From the NCBI GenBank assembly GCA_044892525.1, contig CM097885.1, forward strand, positions 43,588,001 through 43,652,000: a stretch of DNA of 64,000 nt, in the 5' to 3' direction. The notes beneath the pieces were generated by a model. It had not been told where the DNA came from, searched no databases, and saw nothing but the letters and a program-made list of their open reading frames with translations. Of this stretch, positions 1 through 13,740 are shown in pieces (positions within the stretch are counted from its first letter, which is position 1; every line of letters starts with the position of its first letter). The position numbers were made by a program, and so were the translations under genes. The stretch is from Schmidtea polychroa (Eukaryota).

Positions 1-167
1 ACCTGTGGATTACAGATGTCGCATTGCATCAAGTGATGCGTTTTAATGTTAGAGATGACTCTAAGTTAATTGACGAAAAACCAAGTATTATTCTTGGGGA
101 GCGATTTGTTCCAGGGAGAGATAGAAACCATTTTTGTAAACCCAGTCAAGTTGCAATTGACAGCCGA
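1..167 (+). CDS. PAM: PAL/PAM (peptidyl-alpha-hydroxyglycine alpha-amidating lyase), internal exon, 5' truncated by the window edge
   Basis: The frame from nt 3 reads LWITDVALHQVMRF...ILGERFVPGRDRNHFCKPSQVAIDSR. This carries the PAL NHL-repeat motifs WxTDVxLHQV and LGxxFxPG..HFCKP. GTAAGT donor at 168, phase 0. Confidence 0.93.
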
Positions 168-324
168 GTAAGTAGTTTTAATATTTTTTTGAAATAAAAT
201 TAATACTTCTATATATTATTGTAAACTAAATCCAAAATTTACTTAATGATATTATTCTAGCTACATTGAAGATAATTTCCATATTATAATTTTTATTTTT
301 TAAGGAATTAGTTTAAATCCCAAA

Positions 325-2050
325 TTTGTTATTACACCAAAGGGCAATTGAAAATGGCTAAATGGACATTGATTTTAAGATTAATAATATAAATAAAACC
401 TACATATAATAAATGTGTGTGTGCGTCATAGCCAAAAATGACATTTAATTAAATCCATGACATTAAATAATGGCTTACATTATAGACCAGGGGTGGCCAA
501 CCTTTTTGGTAAAAGGGCCATTACAATAATTCGGCGGGCCGCAGGTTTGAAAGGCGTAAATTTTTAACTAATCCTTCTGTGCTAATTCCAACTAAGGAAC
601 AGGAGAAGCGCAGTAATAGCCCGTAGTGGGGTCTGAGACAACCACTAAAAAACAATAAAGCATTTGCGTGCATGTTAAATAAATTATGCTTCTTAGGTAC
701 AGGATAAACTGGCACTATTTATATTTGATAGCCCTGATTATAAAGCATAATGAATCGGGCAAATTTTCAAAATGTAGCATACAAAACTAATTGGTTAAAA
801 TAGATAAAAATATGAAATAAACAATAAATTTTGTTCAATATTTACCGGCGGCCCATTATTACATTTTTTACTACAGTTCGTAAAGCTACCAACTGAAAAA
901 AAGAAAAGAAAGAGATATTTAAAACTTTACAATCAAAAAACATTCTTGCACAAAAACATTACGTTGCATTTATTACATTTTTTGTATTATATCGTATTTT
1001 AAAAAGTTTTTATTATATTTTCAAAATATTAAAGCATGCGGGCCGTCGGTTGGCCACTCCTGTTATAGACGGATAGAAAAATTCACCGTTGGAAGAAAAA
1101 TAAATAAATACACACAAGTACGGTTCATAAAATCTACATAACGAAAAATACACAAAAGCGCATCTGATTATCATAAATGAGACATTCATTTAGCAATGTC
1201 AAATAAGCTTTGTTTTGGATTTTAAATATATTTTAAGTTTTTTTGATAAAATAATGAATAAAGAAGTAAGATATTTATTAATTTATTTAAATATACATTA
1301 AATTTTTCATAGTTCATCTAAAATATCCAGTATTTAGGGAAGAATCTTTAATATAATTATCAATAACTTTAATATGATTTTGAAATTACTATAGTCTGGT
1401 TTTCGAAGTTCCTCACTAACTGCTTGGGATATTGCAGTAAATCATACGTTGAAGGTAAATCTGTCTGGTAAATCCATCAACCGAAAAAACTTTAGTCCTT
1501 TCCCCATTTTTAATTTTGCTAAACACTTTCGATGGGGTAACTTTTCTATTTGAATAGTCAATGAAGATATATTATTATGAATAAATAAGCTCATCTTTGG
1601 ATATTGGGACCTCGGTTTGTTGGCATATATTCTATTACCTACTCGTGATCTACCGAAGAGCATTCATCTATGAATTTCTTGAAATGAAATAGTCGATTCT
1701 GATGAAGTTTCTGACATATTCTCGTATATTTTTTTATAATTAATTAATTTTAAATTGAAAATTTTTTGCTAATTGAATGTCCGCATGATAAATCAATGTC
1801 CTATAGTGTGTATTTTTTATTATAGAATTTTTGTGAACCGTGTTTGTATGTATTTATTTATTTTTCTTCCAACAGCAATTTTTTCTATCTTTCTATAGTG
1901 TAATTGCCAATTTAATGTCACCTTGCTAATTCAATGTTCCTTCTGGCTATGACACACACATTATTTATAGGTAAGTTAATATTTATATTATTAAAAATGC
2001 AAATCAATGGCCATTTGATCATAATCAATTGCCGGTTGGTGTAAACAAAT
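325..2050. mobile_element. Degenerate long-TIR (foldback, probably MULE-type) DNA transposon relic
   Basis: Segments ~325-487 plus 1063-1155 are the diverged reverse complement of ~1800-2050 (e.g. gtgtgtgcgtcatagcca / tggctatgacacacac and gttggaagaaaaataaataaatac / gtatttatttatttttcttccaac). The interior looks like decayed coding sequence on the minus strand. Boundaries are approximate. Confidence 0.6.
488..1062. mobile_element. Non-autonomous hAT (Charlie/Buster-type) MITE
   Basis: TIRs CAGGGGTGGCCAACC ... GGTTGGCCACTCCTG. Perfect 8-bp TSD TTATAGAC at 480-487 and 1063-1070. Confidence 0.9.
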
Positions 2051-2859
2051 GGACATTTAATGAACTCCAAATTTTTAATTTTAAAACGATTAAATATGAA
2101 TATATTTGAGGATATCTCTGATGCTAACCCATTTTTAAACTCCACCTAGGTTATATTTATTAAAATTACAAATAGTGAAAGGTTTCAAGTTTTCTCAGCT
2201 CATAAATTTAGTAAAATGAGTTTCAATTATAGATTTTCTGTAATATTCCAAGCAGTTAATGTAGAACTCAAAAAACAGATTAGAGTAATTTGAGAAATTA
2301 CTGTTCTATTCTAAGAGGTTCTATCCTAAATGTATGATGAAACAAGACATTTTAGGAGAAATGTGAAATTTTAATCCATGTTAAAATAAATATATCATAA
2401 AATCTAAAATATATTTAAAAATATTTATATTAAATAAAAAAAGAAAATAAATCATTTAATTACATAGAATTTAACTTTAAAAATTACCGTTAATATTATC
2501 ACAAAGCGCAATTGACTATATTTTATTTAATATCCAATCAGCCATTATCAATTGATCTTTGGTGTATAATCATGAATTGATCATCCCTAAAATTTGATTA
2601 ATATATTGAAAAACAATAATAAATATCATATTCCACGACTAAAAAGATACACGAGTAAAAATTGATAGAAACATTGATAAAATATTAAAATATATAATAG
2701 TTACAGAAATGGTAAAAGAAATATTTATTAGTGTCTATAAATATCCTATTTTAATTAAACTATTAAATAACTAATAATTTTTTCATGTTAATAAAAAAAT
2801 ATTCACAGATGAAAAGTATAAAAAATCACAATTTCACAAACAGTAATTAATACATACAA

Positions 2860-3530
2860 TATACAAAAAATTATTTAAAAACATTTAAAACACAAGTATT
2901 CACTGTATTCTGCACATTAATTTTCGGATTCAATGACTTTACCAACAATGCCTCACAAATTATACGTTCCCAATAATTATCGACATTTTTTAATAAAATT
3001 TTAAAATCAGACATACCTATTTTACTCTTACAGCCCTTATTGTGCTCACTTCGGTCTATAATGCTCTTGAGTTCGAATACAGAGATGATGGGAAGTATCT
3101 CCAATGTATGTTGCATTACACCCATTACATGTAAACTGATAAAAGAGATCGGAACATAATTCGACCGGAGTTTTAGACTTAATAATAAACATATTGCGTA
3201 CTTTCCATGAAGTTGACACTATCCTATAATTTAAATTCCCTAACTGCTTTCTTATTTTCACTTTATAATCCTAAAAACCTTCCGAGTACGGCAATACTAA
3301 CACAAATTTAGGCTCATCATTCTTGCTAACACTATTTAATTTATTTAACTCATCAGACTCAGACACCTCAACAAAATCACACCCAATTATTTTTATATAA
3401 TTAATAAAATTAATAAATTTGTTTAAAATCCTTAATTTATATAGTTATTATATCCTACCTGATGATGACAAGAAAACTGTCGAAATATATCGTGAAAAGA
3501 ATGTTTGATTGGTGTTATCTTATAATTAAA
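2860..3530 (-). mobile_element. Penelope-like retroelement fragment (GIY-YIG endonuclease relic plus inverted pLTR piece)
   Basis: Minus-strand LFYQFTCNGCNATYIGDT..HL..R..EH and FKIL...R.ICEALL+..LNPKIN, split by frameshifts. A pLTR-like segment with a hammerhead core lies in the opposite orientation at ~3400-3530. Confidence 0.85.
3453..3497 (+). ncRNA. Minimal type I hammerhead ribozyme-like motif of a Penelope pLTR
   Basis: CTGATGA (3459-3465), then T, GACA...TGTC (stem II), GAAA, a short palindromic TATA stem III and a TC cleavage context. Stem I pairing is weak. Confidence 0.6.
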
Positions 3531-3921
3531 TCATTGGCATATATATATATTGTTCCTCCATTCCTCAACTGAAACGTGACACTCGATATTTTTTGCCCTG
3601 AATAAAAATATAATTTCAAACTTTTTTAGTCATCTTTCGATAATCACTATGAGGTATTATTGTGTTACCAGTTTCCCATTGAGTTTCATTCGTATTAGTT
3701 CATCTGCCATTATGCTCAAATTCTAATACAAATACATCCCATAATTTTAGAGTAGAAAAATAAAGTTCTTCTGTTTATAGATACAATAGATACAATTTTA
3801 AAGCTTTGATTTAAAATAATATAAATAGACAGAATCTATTATTATAACTAGTACTGGCGTGATTTGTTTGTTTAATTTGGAGCATTATTTATATAATAAA
3901 TTAATCTGTTTTGCATATTTC

Positions 3922-4134
<213 letters not shown>

Positions 4135-4393
4135 GTTTTATTCAAAAATTTCGATAACTATAAATCTTGATTTCTTCTGTAATTTCAAGTCGAATCATTT
4201 TTTGCTGGCAGTAGAAATGATTTAAAATTAAAAGGGTTTACATTTGAAAATTTGTTTTGTAAATCTAAATACAATTTTAATGGCATTTTAAAATTCTGAG
4301 TTTGTTAATTCTTCAATAATTGCTAGAAAATAATCCTACATTTTATCTAATTACTTGTATTGAGTATTTATTTGAAAAAAAGGTATTTTTCAG

Positions 4394-4677
4394 GGATATG
4401 TTTTTGTTGCCGATGGATATTGTAATAATCGCGTAGTTTGCTTTTATCCAAATGGAACTTTTTTTGAAGATTGGCGATCCCAAGACTCTATGTTTGTCGT
4501 ACACAGTATTACAATTAAAGAGGACGATTCTGGAGATATTACTAAAAATATTGTTTGGGTAGCTGATAGAGAAAACCGAAAAATAATTGGATTTGGTTAC
4601 GATGGCATCATTAAGTTTAGTAATTTTTTTAGGAAATCTTTTCCTATTTATGGAATCAAATATAATCCTAAAAATAA
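4394..4677 (+). CDS. PAM: PAL/PAM exon with catalytic Tyr and Arg motifs
   Basis: Acceptor TTTTTCAG|. Reads GYVFVADGYCNNRVV...VVHSITI...VWVADRENRKI..., giving the ADGYCN, HS and ADRE motifs of PAL. GTAAG donor at 4678, phase 2. Confidence 0.95.
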
Positions 4678-4861
4678 GTAAGATTTTGATTTCATTCTAA
4701 CTTAAATGAATTATTTCTCATTATTTAATGATGGCGCATTTCGTTATATTTTTGGAAATTTTTGTATCTAACCAATTTTATTTTGTCATTTATATTGTTA
4801 CATTTACGAGTACCGCTATATAGTAAATTCTGTAAAAATCAAAATAATTTTCAATATATTA

Positions 4862-6866
4862 CAGTATCTTTCAGTTTTAATAAAGTGCCTTCTGTCAGAA
4901 AAAAATTCATTATATTGTATACCGATTATATACAAAATTCATCAGGAATTGTCTAATATGTCACCCAGTTAACAGAGATTGTGTTTTTGACTACGCATTG
5001 CACATCACAAACATTAAATAGGATAAAATTGCGCATTTTTTTCTTGTCGCCCAAGGTCCTTAATCCTACTCAGATGAACAAAAAATGACATTTAAATACA
5101 ACACAATACATTCACAACACATACGTAATGAACATATACACAAATCAGACATATCAGCTAGTGTATTTACCACGCTTTACAAAGCTATAAAGAGTGGTTT
5201 GTCGCAAGTTATTGTATGCATGTTGAGTAAGAGAATTTTGCAAGACTCATAAAGAGTTAAAATCGTCCACAATGCCCTTGGATGTGCAGATTTCCTAATC
5301 AAAAGTAGAAGCAATTTCTCATCGAGATGCGCTCTTTATAATGCTTTCCACCATGGCATTTTTGACCCATAAAGGCAAGAGTGCGATGCGGAGTCAACTT
5401 TCAGAAGAGTCCGGTCTGATTTCCGTTGAATATATCAGCCGGTGAGAAGCGTTGAAGGAGGTTTTGCAATACATTGGCATGCCACTGCTGAATGGCATCC
5501 GCCGATACATCACCACTTTCTCCACACATTGTAACTGAGATGATGTTGTGATGCTGTTTCTATCGTTGGATCCATGACATCGAAATAAAAATTTTTTCAG
5601 AGGGTGGCTCATCTATTTTGAGAGCAGATATGAAGGTTTGAGCCTCTGTGTGAGCAGCTTCATCACTCACTGCGATGTTTGACTCGCGGCATGTCTTAAA
5701 CTAACGAAGAAAGGATCATCGACCTCTGGAAATTTTTCTGCTTTACGAACCTTCTTTGTTGTAGACGAATAGCAGTCTGAAAATGCTCGTGTCTCGATTG
5801 TTTCTCTTCACTTGGCGATGGAAGTGAGTGGTTTAATTCCGAATTCCTCAGCTATTTCACCCAACTTTCGTTTTAAAACTACAGCTTTCTTTTGATTGTC
5901 ATCAAAAGCTTAACAGATTTTTACCTTTGTGTCAATTGTTAAGAATATGTGCTTACTGGCCATGATGAATATGAAAATAAATCTAACATTACGCACACTC
6001 ATTTTAGCCATTATGCACTTCTGCACCAATAATACAACATGTGCGTATTATGTGTGTGAGGATGTTAACATCAAAGTGGCATAGCAAGAACTGAAGGCTT
6101 TCCTTATTAGCTATTCACCATCTACATTTCTTTCTTTTCTACACTCTCACATTCTCTGATTCACATATTAGTGTAAGTGTGGATAAATTGCTACAGCTCC
6201 ACAGTCAACTACCCTTCATTCACCCTAGTGACATTCTACATACTTCTTGGTTACGCAATGTAGCTTGTAAGACTATAGATTATCGATATAGTTTTGTTTC
6301 TCCTATACATCACTGCTGTGAACTATATAATGTATGTACTGTGTGTTTGGCTATGTGTGTATGTAGATAGGCATTCTGCTATGTAAACTGGGCTATATAA
6401 AACGCTATCTTAAAAGTACAATGCAGTGGGTGTGTGGAGAGCGACCGAAAGCAGAAGAAGCTTTATCGACAAATCTACGTCAGCTTCTATTCTCCCTCCC
6501 TATTAATTCTCCAATAACTGTTAGTACACAGACTTCTTATTGGTGAAAGAGAATAAGTGATTCCCTCTATCTCGCTTTCACATCCCTCCATTGAGCAAAA
6601 GAGAAATGTCAACATCTACACATGAACAGTGTATTACAAAAAGATTTATAAGTACTAACTCTAACTTGAAGCGTTAACAAAATAATGATTTTATTATACC
6701 CGGAAAGATATCCATACATTTACACTTCACTTGCCAATACATTTTTTATAATAGCCGATTTTTTATAATAACTGATAACCGGTTAAATTTACATTGAAAA
6801 GCGGGTCAGGCGCTATTGTCACAAAAAATTTTAAATACCCGACTTTATTATAACCGGAAGATACTG
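4862..6866 (-). mobile_element. pogo/Tigger-type DNA transposon relic
   Basis: TIRs CAGTATCTT(T)C.GTT.TAATAAAGT ... ACTTTATTATAACCGGAAGATACTG, each flanked by TA. Decayed minus-strand N-terminus (MASKHIFLTIDTKVKI..., EIAEEFGIKP, KKVRKAEKFPEVD) resembles CENP-B-type HTH domains. Confidence 0.8.
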
Positions 6867-7452
6867 TATTTATTAAAAAATTTAATAAATATTTATTTAG
6901 AATAATAATTTAAAGCGAAAAAAAATGTTTTGACTCTGACTTGTTATACGCATAAAATATATTTTTTGAATTGATATTTAATTGCAACGGACTTTATCCA
7001 TATGATTTATAAAATACTTGAAATATATTTTAATGGAATAGATGTTTAAGAATCTAATATCTTAACCGTTTGCGGGCGGAATTAATTTTAATAAGTAGGG
7101 AATTATACTTAAATATAATTTTTTAGTATACGAATGCCCGAATATTAAACGTTTTCGCTTATTGATTTGAACTTAGATTTAGATTCGGACTTAACTCATA
7201 CTTGCCGAGTCCTTAAAACGCGAGTTTTCAGAAACTCTAGCTGACTGTAATGAATACTAAATATCGTGCCAGATTAGTCGTTTAAAAAGTGTTAAGTGTC
7301 AATTTACTCATTACCTCCAAGATTTGATAAAGTTTGGGCAAATAAACAACAATAATTCTCGCCTTTTTTTGGCGATATCAGTAATTAATCTTAATATTAA
7401 AAACTTAAATATGTTAAATCATATAAGACTTTATATGTTATAGCAAAACAAA

Positions 7453-7495
<43 letters not shown>

Positions 7496-7523
7496 GAAAA
7501 AATTAATTTTTTTGTAAACCTAG

Positions 7524-7720
7524 ACTTATTTACGGTATAACCAGTAATGGTGACAACAGAGGAAGCTCATTTACTTTTAATACGACCTCTTTCACGCAAA
7601 TGAAACCTTGGAATACTGATTATTCATTTCGGGCACCCCATGATTTGTGTCTTGCTGAAAATGGAAAATTCATATTCGTGGCTGAATTACATTTAAAAAA
7701 AGTTATAAAATTCCAAATAG
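7524..7720 (+). CDS. PAM: PAL/PAM exon (last beta-propeller blade)
   Basis: Acceptor CCTAG|, phase-compatible with the previous exon. Reads LIYGITSNG...FRAPHDLCLAENGKFIFVAELHLKKVIKFQI (PHD metal-ligand motif). GT donor at 7721. Not in the ORF track. Confidence 0.92.
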
Positions 7721-10700
7721 GTAGGCGTGAATAACTCTATTAATAACTGATATATTTATTTTGCGTTTAAGTCGGTTATGTTATTAATTAAATGAAGTCT
7801 TCAATTTTTTCATTATTAGTCAAGTTATAATAAATAATTATTATTTTTATCAATCAATAATTTCGGTAAACAATTAATGTAAATCCGTAGACAAATCAAG
7901 GAACCAAATACTAAATTTGAATAGGTTTTATTGGAAAATCACAAAATTGATCATTTTTAAATTTTTTTTTAAAAACTTAATAAATATTTCCAAATATTTA
8001 TTCACAAAATGTGATTGATAATCATCTAGTTTTTATAAATATTTAGAAATATTCATGAAGTCTTTACCACAGTTATTTTATTGAATCTGAATCTATATCG
8101 AGAAAAATAGAACTTTGGTCGTAAACAGCTGTCAATTAGTACGATTTAGCTAATGTAGTATTGACATAATTTTCTACTCCTTCCCAAATAATTTAATATT
8201 TTGTTCGCACATTTCATTGGCGTTGATTCCATAAAATTACTGGGACAATCGAATTCATCGTGTGGATTAATTTAATCAGTATTGATAAAGTCTATATCAT
8301 ATCTTCTTGAATGATTTCAATTTCACTGATAATTTGAAGACGAATTGTTTTTGCAAGATAAAAAGTTATTATTTGATGTTCGAAATAGCATTAAATTAGA
8401 ATAGACAAAACGTAGATGTGTGATAAAATTTATTAAATAAAACAAATCCTGATATTTAGACAAAGTAGTTTTATTGCCACTTTTATCTGCACATAAATAT
8501 TTTAAAATTAATTTTCTGAATAATTAATAATTACAGTTCGTAATTATGTGTTCGTTTGACTTCATGGCATCCATTCTAGGTTATAAGTTGTGAAATTTTG
8601 TTGTAATTCAAACTAATAAGGTCTAGCTTTTTTTATAATTTTTTTAAACAATCACATTAGTTGTTAAATAAGATAAACTTTCATTTATTTTTCGATTATA
8701 GAACAAATTTTTTATATTTAATACAAATTTTCTGTACTGCTGTTGATATATTATTTCAAATTTCAAATAATAAATTAAATTTATTTAAACTAGGTTTCTA
8801 AAATTTATTATTTTCAAAATAATGGACAATTTTGATAGAGAAAAGTTGATTTTCAAATAAGATTGTAAAAAATGTCATTTTAATGATTAAAATTAATAGT
8901 TATTGTAAAATTATAAATTTTCAATGTCCAATAATCATGCAATACCAATGGAATAGAAATGAAACAGAAATGGAATAGAAATTGAATAGAATTAGCATTA
9001 ACCAATGTAACAATAATTTGGTCACATTTATGGAATATGTATTTTAAATCTGTGTATTTTGTGCAAGACTATTTTGTTATTCAACTCTTTATTTGACTTC
9101 CCAACTAAAGTCTGATTTTTAATTGCTATTTATAATATTTACAAGGGAGTATGAAATGAACAAAAATTTACGGAAAAAAAGTAATTTTATTGACAATTAC
9201 CCTCAAATTTAGAGACGCTAAATTCGCGTTTAAACAAAGAAAATTACCGTAGCCAGTCAGATTGTATCGAATGATTGAAGTGCGATTTCTACCTTGTACG
9301 CAAGAGTAAGGGTTTTTATGATATAGGATAGGAACTGTTTAAAACTACATTAATTAAAGTACCAAAAAGATATACTATTAAAATTTTGTACTGCATGAAA
9401 ATTCTTTATAATGCGTTTTCTTGTACTTCTATCTCGAACATATCCTAATGAGTTCACGTCATAAATAAATGTTTATTTTTGGTAAAATTTAATTCTTATA
9501 ATAATAAATAAATTATTAATGAACCGATTTTGTTTAGTATATATACTCATTAATATAGGCTAAAGGCTTTGAATGTCAAGTTTGTTCGTCTTAGTTCACA
9601 GTGAGTTTATATTGATTTCCTTAAATATTCTTGAAGGTTATTTGCATATTTGACATGTGTACGTTCCAAAAGAATATACCCGTCATTTTTATATTTTTAA
9701 CTGTTTATCAACGTGTTAAAAGAACGTTACAAAATATCAGCCGATCAAAAATAAACCCAGAAGCTTTCTGAGTTTGATCAAGGTGAAAACTTTACCGAAG
9801 CTCCCCTATATAGTTGGAATATTTATGGAACTAATGTGATAAGTGAGTCTTATTGTCGTAAAGGGTTTAGGTTTCATTGAAGGAAGCAGTTTTGATAATA
9901 TATCATTTAACTTAACTTGCATGATGAATAGCAACTTTTAATTTATTAGAAATCATTCAATGGTTTCGGAAAATATTTATTCAGGTATTCTTCAATGATA
10001 ATGTTTTCTAAATCTTATATTACTATTTATTATATATTTTTCCAGTTTCTTATTAATTTTCTACTATGTCAATTACAGTTTTTTGCTAATTTGGGAATTA
10101 AAATTATTTGTTAAACGCTATTTCTGACACTGAAATATACTAAGCAGACTTTACAACAAAATTCACGTTGTTGATCATTTTATCTGTAGTTTTGTTTGTA
10201 AATGTCACGAATCTCATTTTTCTTTAATTAATTGACGAACTTTTCAACCTTTGCTTTTGATTTAAATGAAAATCAAATCATCTATCACGCGTTATCATAA
10301 ATAATAAAATCATAATAGCAAGTAGCATTTCTTTAAAAATGGACAATGACTAAGAAATAAATGCGAAGTAAATCTGATCAAAAATATAATTATTTATTAG
10401 AAAAAAATTCAAGAAATAAAGGTTGATTTTAAATTGTGTTTTTTTATTGAGAAACTATTTTTTTCTGCGGAAATTGTAAACATTGATTCTAAAAATATTC
10501 TACAAATCAGTTTTTAAGTTACTTTTTACATTCATGTAAATGTTTATATCGAAATTATACTTCCCTTTTTATCTTTTGATTTCATTTTTGATCTTTTTTT
10601 AATCCAATCATTTTCATATTAATGTTTGTAAAACTAGATAAATATATAAATAAATATTTATTTATTAAAAAGCTTGAAGACCACGAATCAGTAAATATAT

Positions 10701-10859
10701 CGATGCTTTTGATATATTTACTGATTCATAGCATTCAAGATTTTTTTTTGACAGATACAATGGAATATATATATATATTTTAGTCACGATATTTTAGTCA
10801 ATCGTGTCTAAGAATAAATTTTCACTATAGTTATTGTTAATTTGGTATTTCCAATTTAG

Positions 10860-11194
10860 ATGCTAAATTGCCCACCGAGCATCACCACTATTCGGTTGGC
10901 AATAATTTCAATCAGATTCATGATATGGTTAAACAAGTAAATCCAGTCTATATTGGGGTATTATTAATAGCTGTAACTGTGTTCATACTGATCTGTATAG
11001 TGACAATGAAATATTATCGCCGTTTCCAGTCTGGTTACAGTAAAAAAAGACACTATGGAAAATCTTATAAAGACAAAGAGGGTTTTAAGCCATTAACTCA
11101 AGAAGATGATGACAATGATGATGGAAATAGTGATCCGGAAACGGAAGAATATCCAGCTCTGCGTGGAAATTTATCCAAAAAACCGAAAGTGTGA
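10860..11194 (+). CDS. PAM: PAL/PAM terminal exon: transmembrane helix and cytosolic sorting tail
   Basis: Acceptor TTTAG|, phase 1 join gives D-AKLPTEH. Hydrophobic VYIGVLLIAVTVFILICIVTM, a basic stop-transfer segment, then GFKPL plus an acidic cluster (EDDDNDDGNSDPETEEY) resembling PAM cytosolic tails. Stop TGA at 11192-11194. Confidence 0.85.
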
Positions 11195-13493
11195 TATTTT
11201 ATTTTTGGGTGTATTTCTTCAGTTTTCATTGTTTTTGTGATTTGCTTCTTATGCTTCATTTGTCCTAGAACAATATACTTCGGTGTAAAACATTCAATTA
11301 GGTGAAATTTATAATCTCTTATGTTTTTATTAATGTTAAAATATAATTTTAAATGCAAATATTTTTTATCGTGTTTATCGTGACATTGAGATATCTGTGA
11401 TTTGTTCTTCTATTTTGTCCTTTTCTCGTTTTGTAATGTGATATTACACATTTTCTATGGAAATATTTATGTAAATTATTTAATTAACTGTTATCTTTTG
11501 TTTTACAGTTTTAAAGATTGGTTGAAAATAAAAGTTACATTTGTCTTTATATTTAAATTAAATTTTAAAATTAAAAAAAAATTTTTAAATTTTATTTAAA
11601 TATTTGAGAAAAATTTTGAAATTCTATTTTTAATGATTTTTTTGTGATATACAAATACGTCGCGTCCAACATGCAGCTAGGCCTGATCAGTGAAGGCGTG
11701 GTGGGAGGGGGTGTTTGGGATCAATTCTCTGATCCGGATATTAAACATTTGTTCATAAGTTTTTATAATTGCTATTAAATAGGCACAATTTTATATTCAT
11801 TTTTTAAAAATTAAATGTTTTGGTTAGATGTTCAATTTTAAGTTTCTTGTATATTTAATACGTACGGGACACGTCATTATTTTTTCCCGGGCTCGAAATT
11901 CCTGTTACAGTGATTGCACGCACTCTGTAGCCCGCACGTGATCCAGCTGAAATTTCTTTGAGGTCCAATTGGAATTGCGATGTTAAATATATTTATTAAA
12001 ATTATGTTTTACCTAAATTATATTTGTTTAATAGTTAACTGTAATGCTCAAAAGAATATTAACCTTGAGGTATGAGTTAATATTCAACTAAGGATATGAT
12101 AATGTTATTACAATAACTAATATAAATTGAAAATACCTATCCCGATTATTATATCAGGTATCATTTATTAACTTCCAACTGATTTCAACAGACTCTAATA
12201 TAAATATGTAGAAAAGTAGGGAAGAGATAACGGGAACGAAACATAAACAGGCCGGAGCCGCAAAAGTGAAAATTAAAAAAATATCTCGACAGCTATCAAA
12301 GATAACTCGGTTGCCGGGAAAATTGGGAAATCATGTTGGAGAAAAATGGGAAATCAAAGATATATACATTATAACAAAAACTGAAAAACAATTTTTTCAA
12401 ATTTTTAAACTTTAAAAAAGTAGTGGGATTTAAAAAAACCAAACAGCAAGCACAAAATATTTTATTGCACTTGTTGTAGGAAGATTTTGTATATTTAGTA
12501 GTTTTACCAATATTCAGAAATAAAAAAAAAGAATATTTTTAGCGTTTCTATTATAACTGGTATGAGCGAGAGTAATTGATCCTGGGTAGATTCAAAAACC
12601 TTGGAACTTCCATATGTCTGAATGGCTTTTACATTTTTTTATTTGAAACATAAGCAAAAATTTAATGATTTGGTCATTGATTTCAGTTGTGTCCTTGGGT
12701 ATCAAATTATAAAACTTCCATCAAAACAATTTCACAACAATAATATCACAATGGATTCAAATTTTTCAAAACATCAATCAATTTTAAATATTGTACATAA
12801 TAAAATTAGTGAGATGGGTCTTGCTTTCTGAACAATTTTCGTTTCTTAAATATTTATTCTGTAGCTATCTTTTTCGTGTTTGAAAAGGTCTCTGGTGTTT
12901 GTCTTTCCTTTTAGTGGTTGCATATATGGGAAATTAATATAATTACATTTCAGTTATGTCCACAATACTCAGACAGCTTGGGCCTAGATGAAATAATCAT
13001 GGAAATAATTTCCAATTTTCAAAATTTCCAAATTTTAATTTTCTTTTGAACTTTCTTGAAAACAATTCAGTAAGCATTTAACTTCAACACTTATAAATGT
13101 ATTCAGCGCCGGATCTAGCCACTTGGGGGCCCAGGTGCAAGAAGCGATTTTGATTTTGGGGCCCTCTTCCATTCATTTAAAAAAATTATTCTTCTAATAA
13201 AATAAAATAACAATAAGTTTTAATTAATACAATAACATGATTTATTTATTTACTTTTATTATTCACAGCTATTAAAAAAATACTTAATTTTTTTTAAATA
13301 TAATTAGCTTTTAAGAGAAAAAATAATTATTTATTTATATTAATATAATTAAACAACAAAAAAATATATAACGAAAAAAAAACATAAAAAAAATTGCACT
13401 TAAAATTCATTTGCAACTTGTTGAACTTTTGTAAATAGTATAGAAATTTATTTAAGATAAAAATCCAAAATAAAAATACGAAAAACATAACTC

Positions 13494-13740
13494 TTATTTA
13501 AGCCTCCTTGCCTTTTCTTCCGCAAAAACAGATATCAATTGACTAAAATTTATTGATTTTGCTTCCTCTACTTCTATCGACAATAACGCCAATGACGATA
13601 ATCTTTGTTGAGCCATAGTAGAACGAAGGTAAGTTTTAATTAGCTTCAACTTACTGAATGATCTCTCTGCGCTAGCAACAGTTACAGAAAAGGTTAAAAA
13701 TATACGCAACGCAATTATAAAATTAGGAAATATATCAGAA
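13494..13740 (-). pseudogene. hAT transposase C-terminal dimerization-domain remnant
   Basis: Reads FPNFIIALRIFLTFSVTVASAERSFSKLKLIKTYLRSTMAQQRLSSLALLSIE. Confidence 0.92.
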
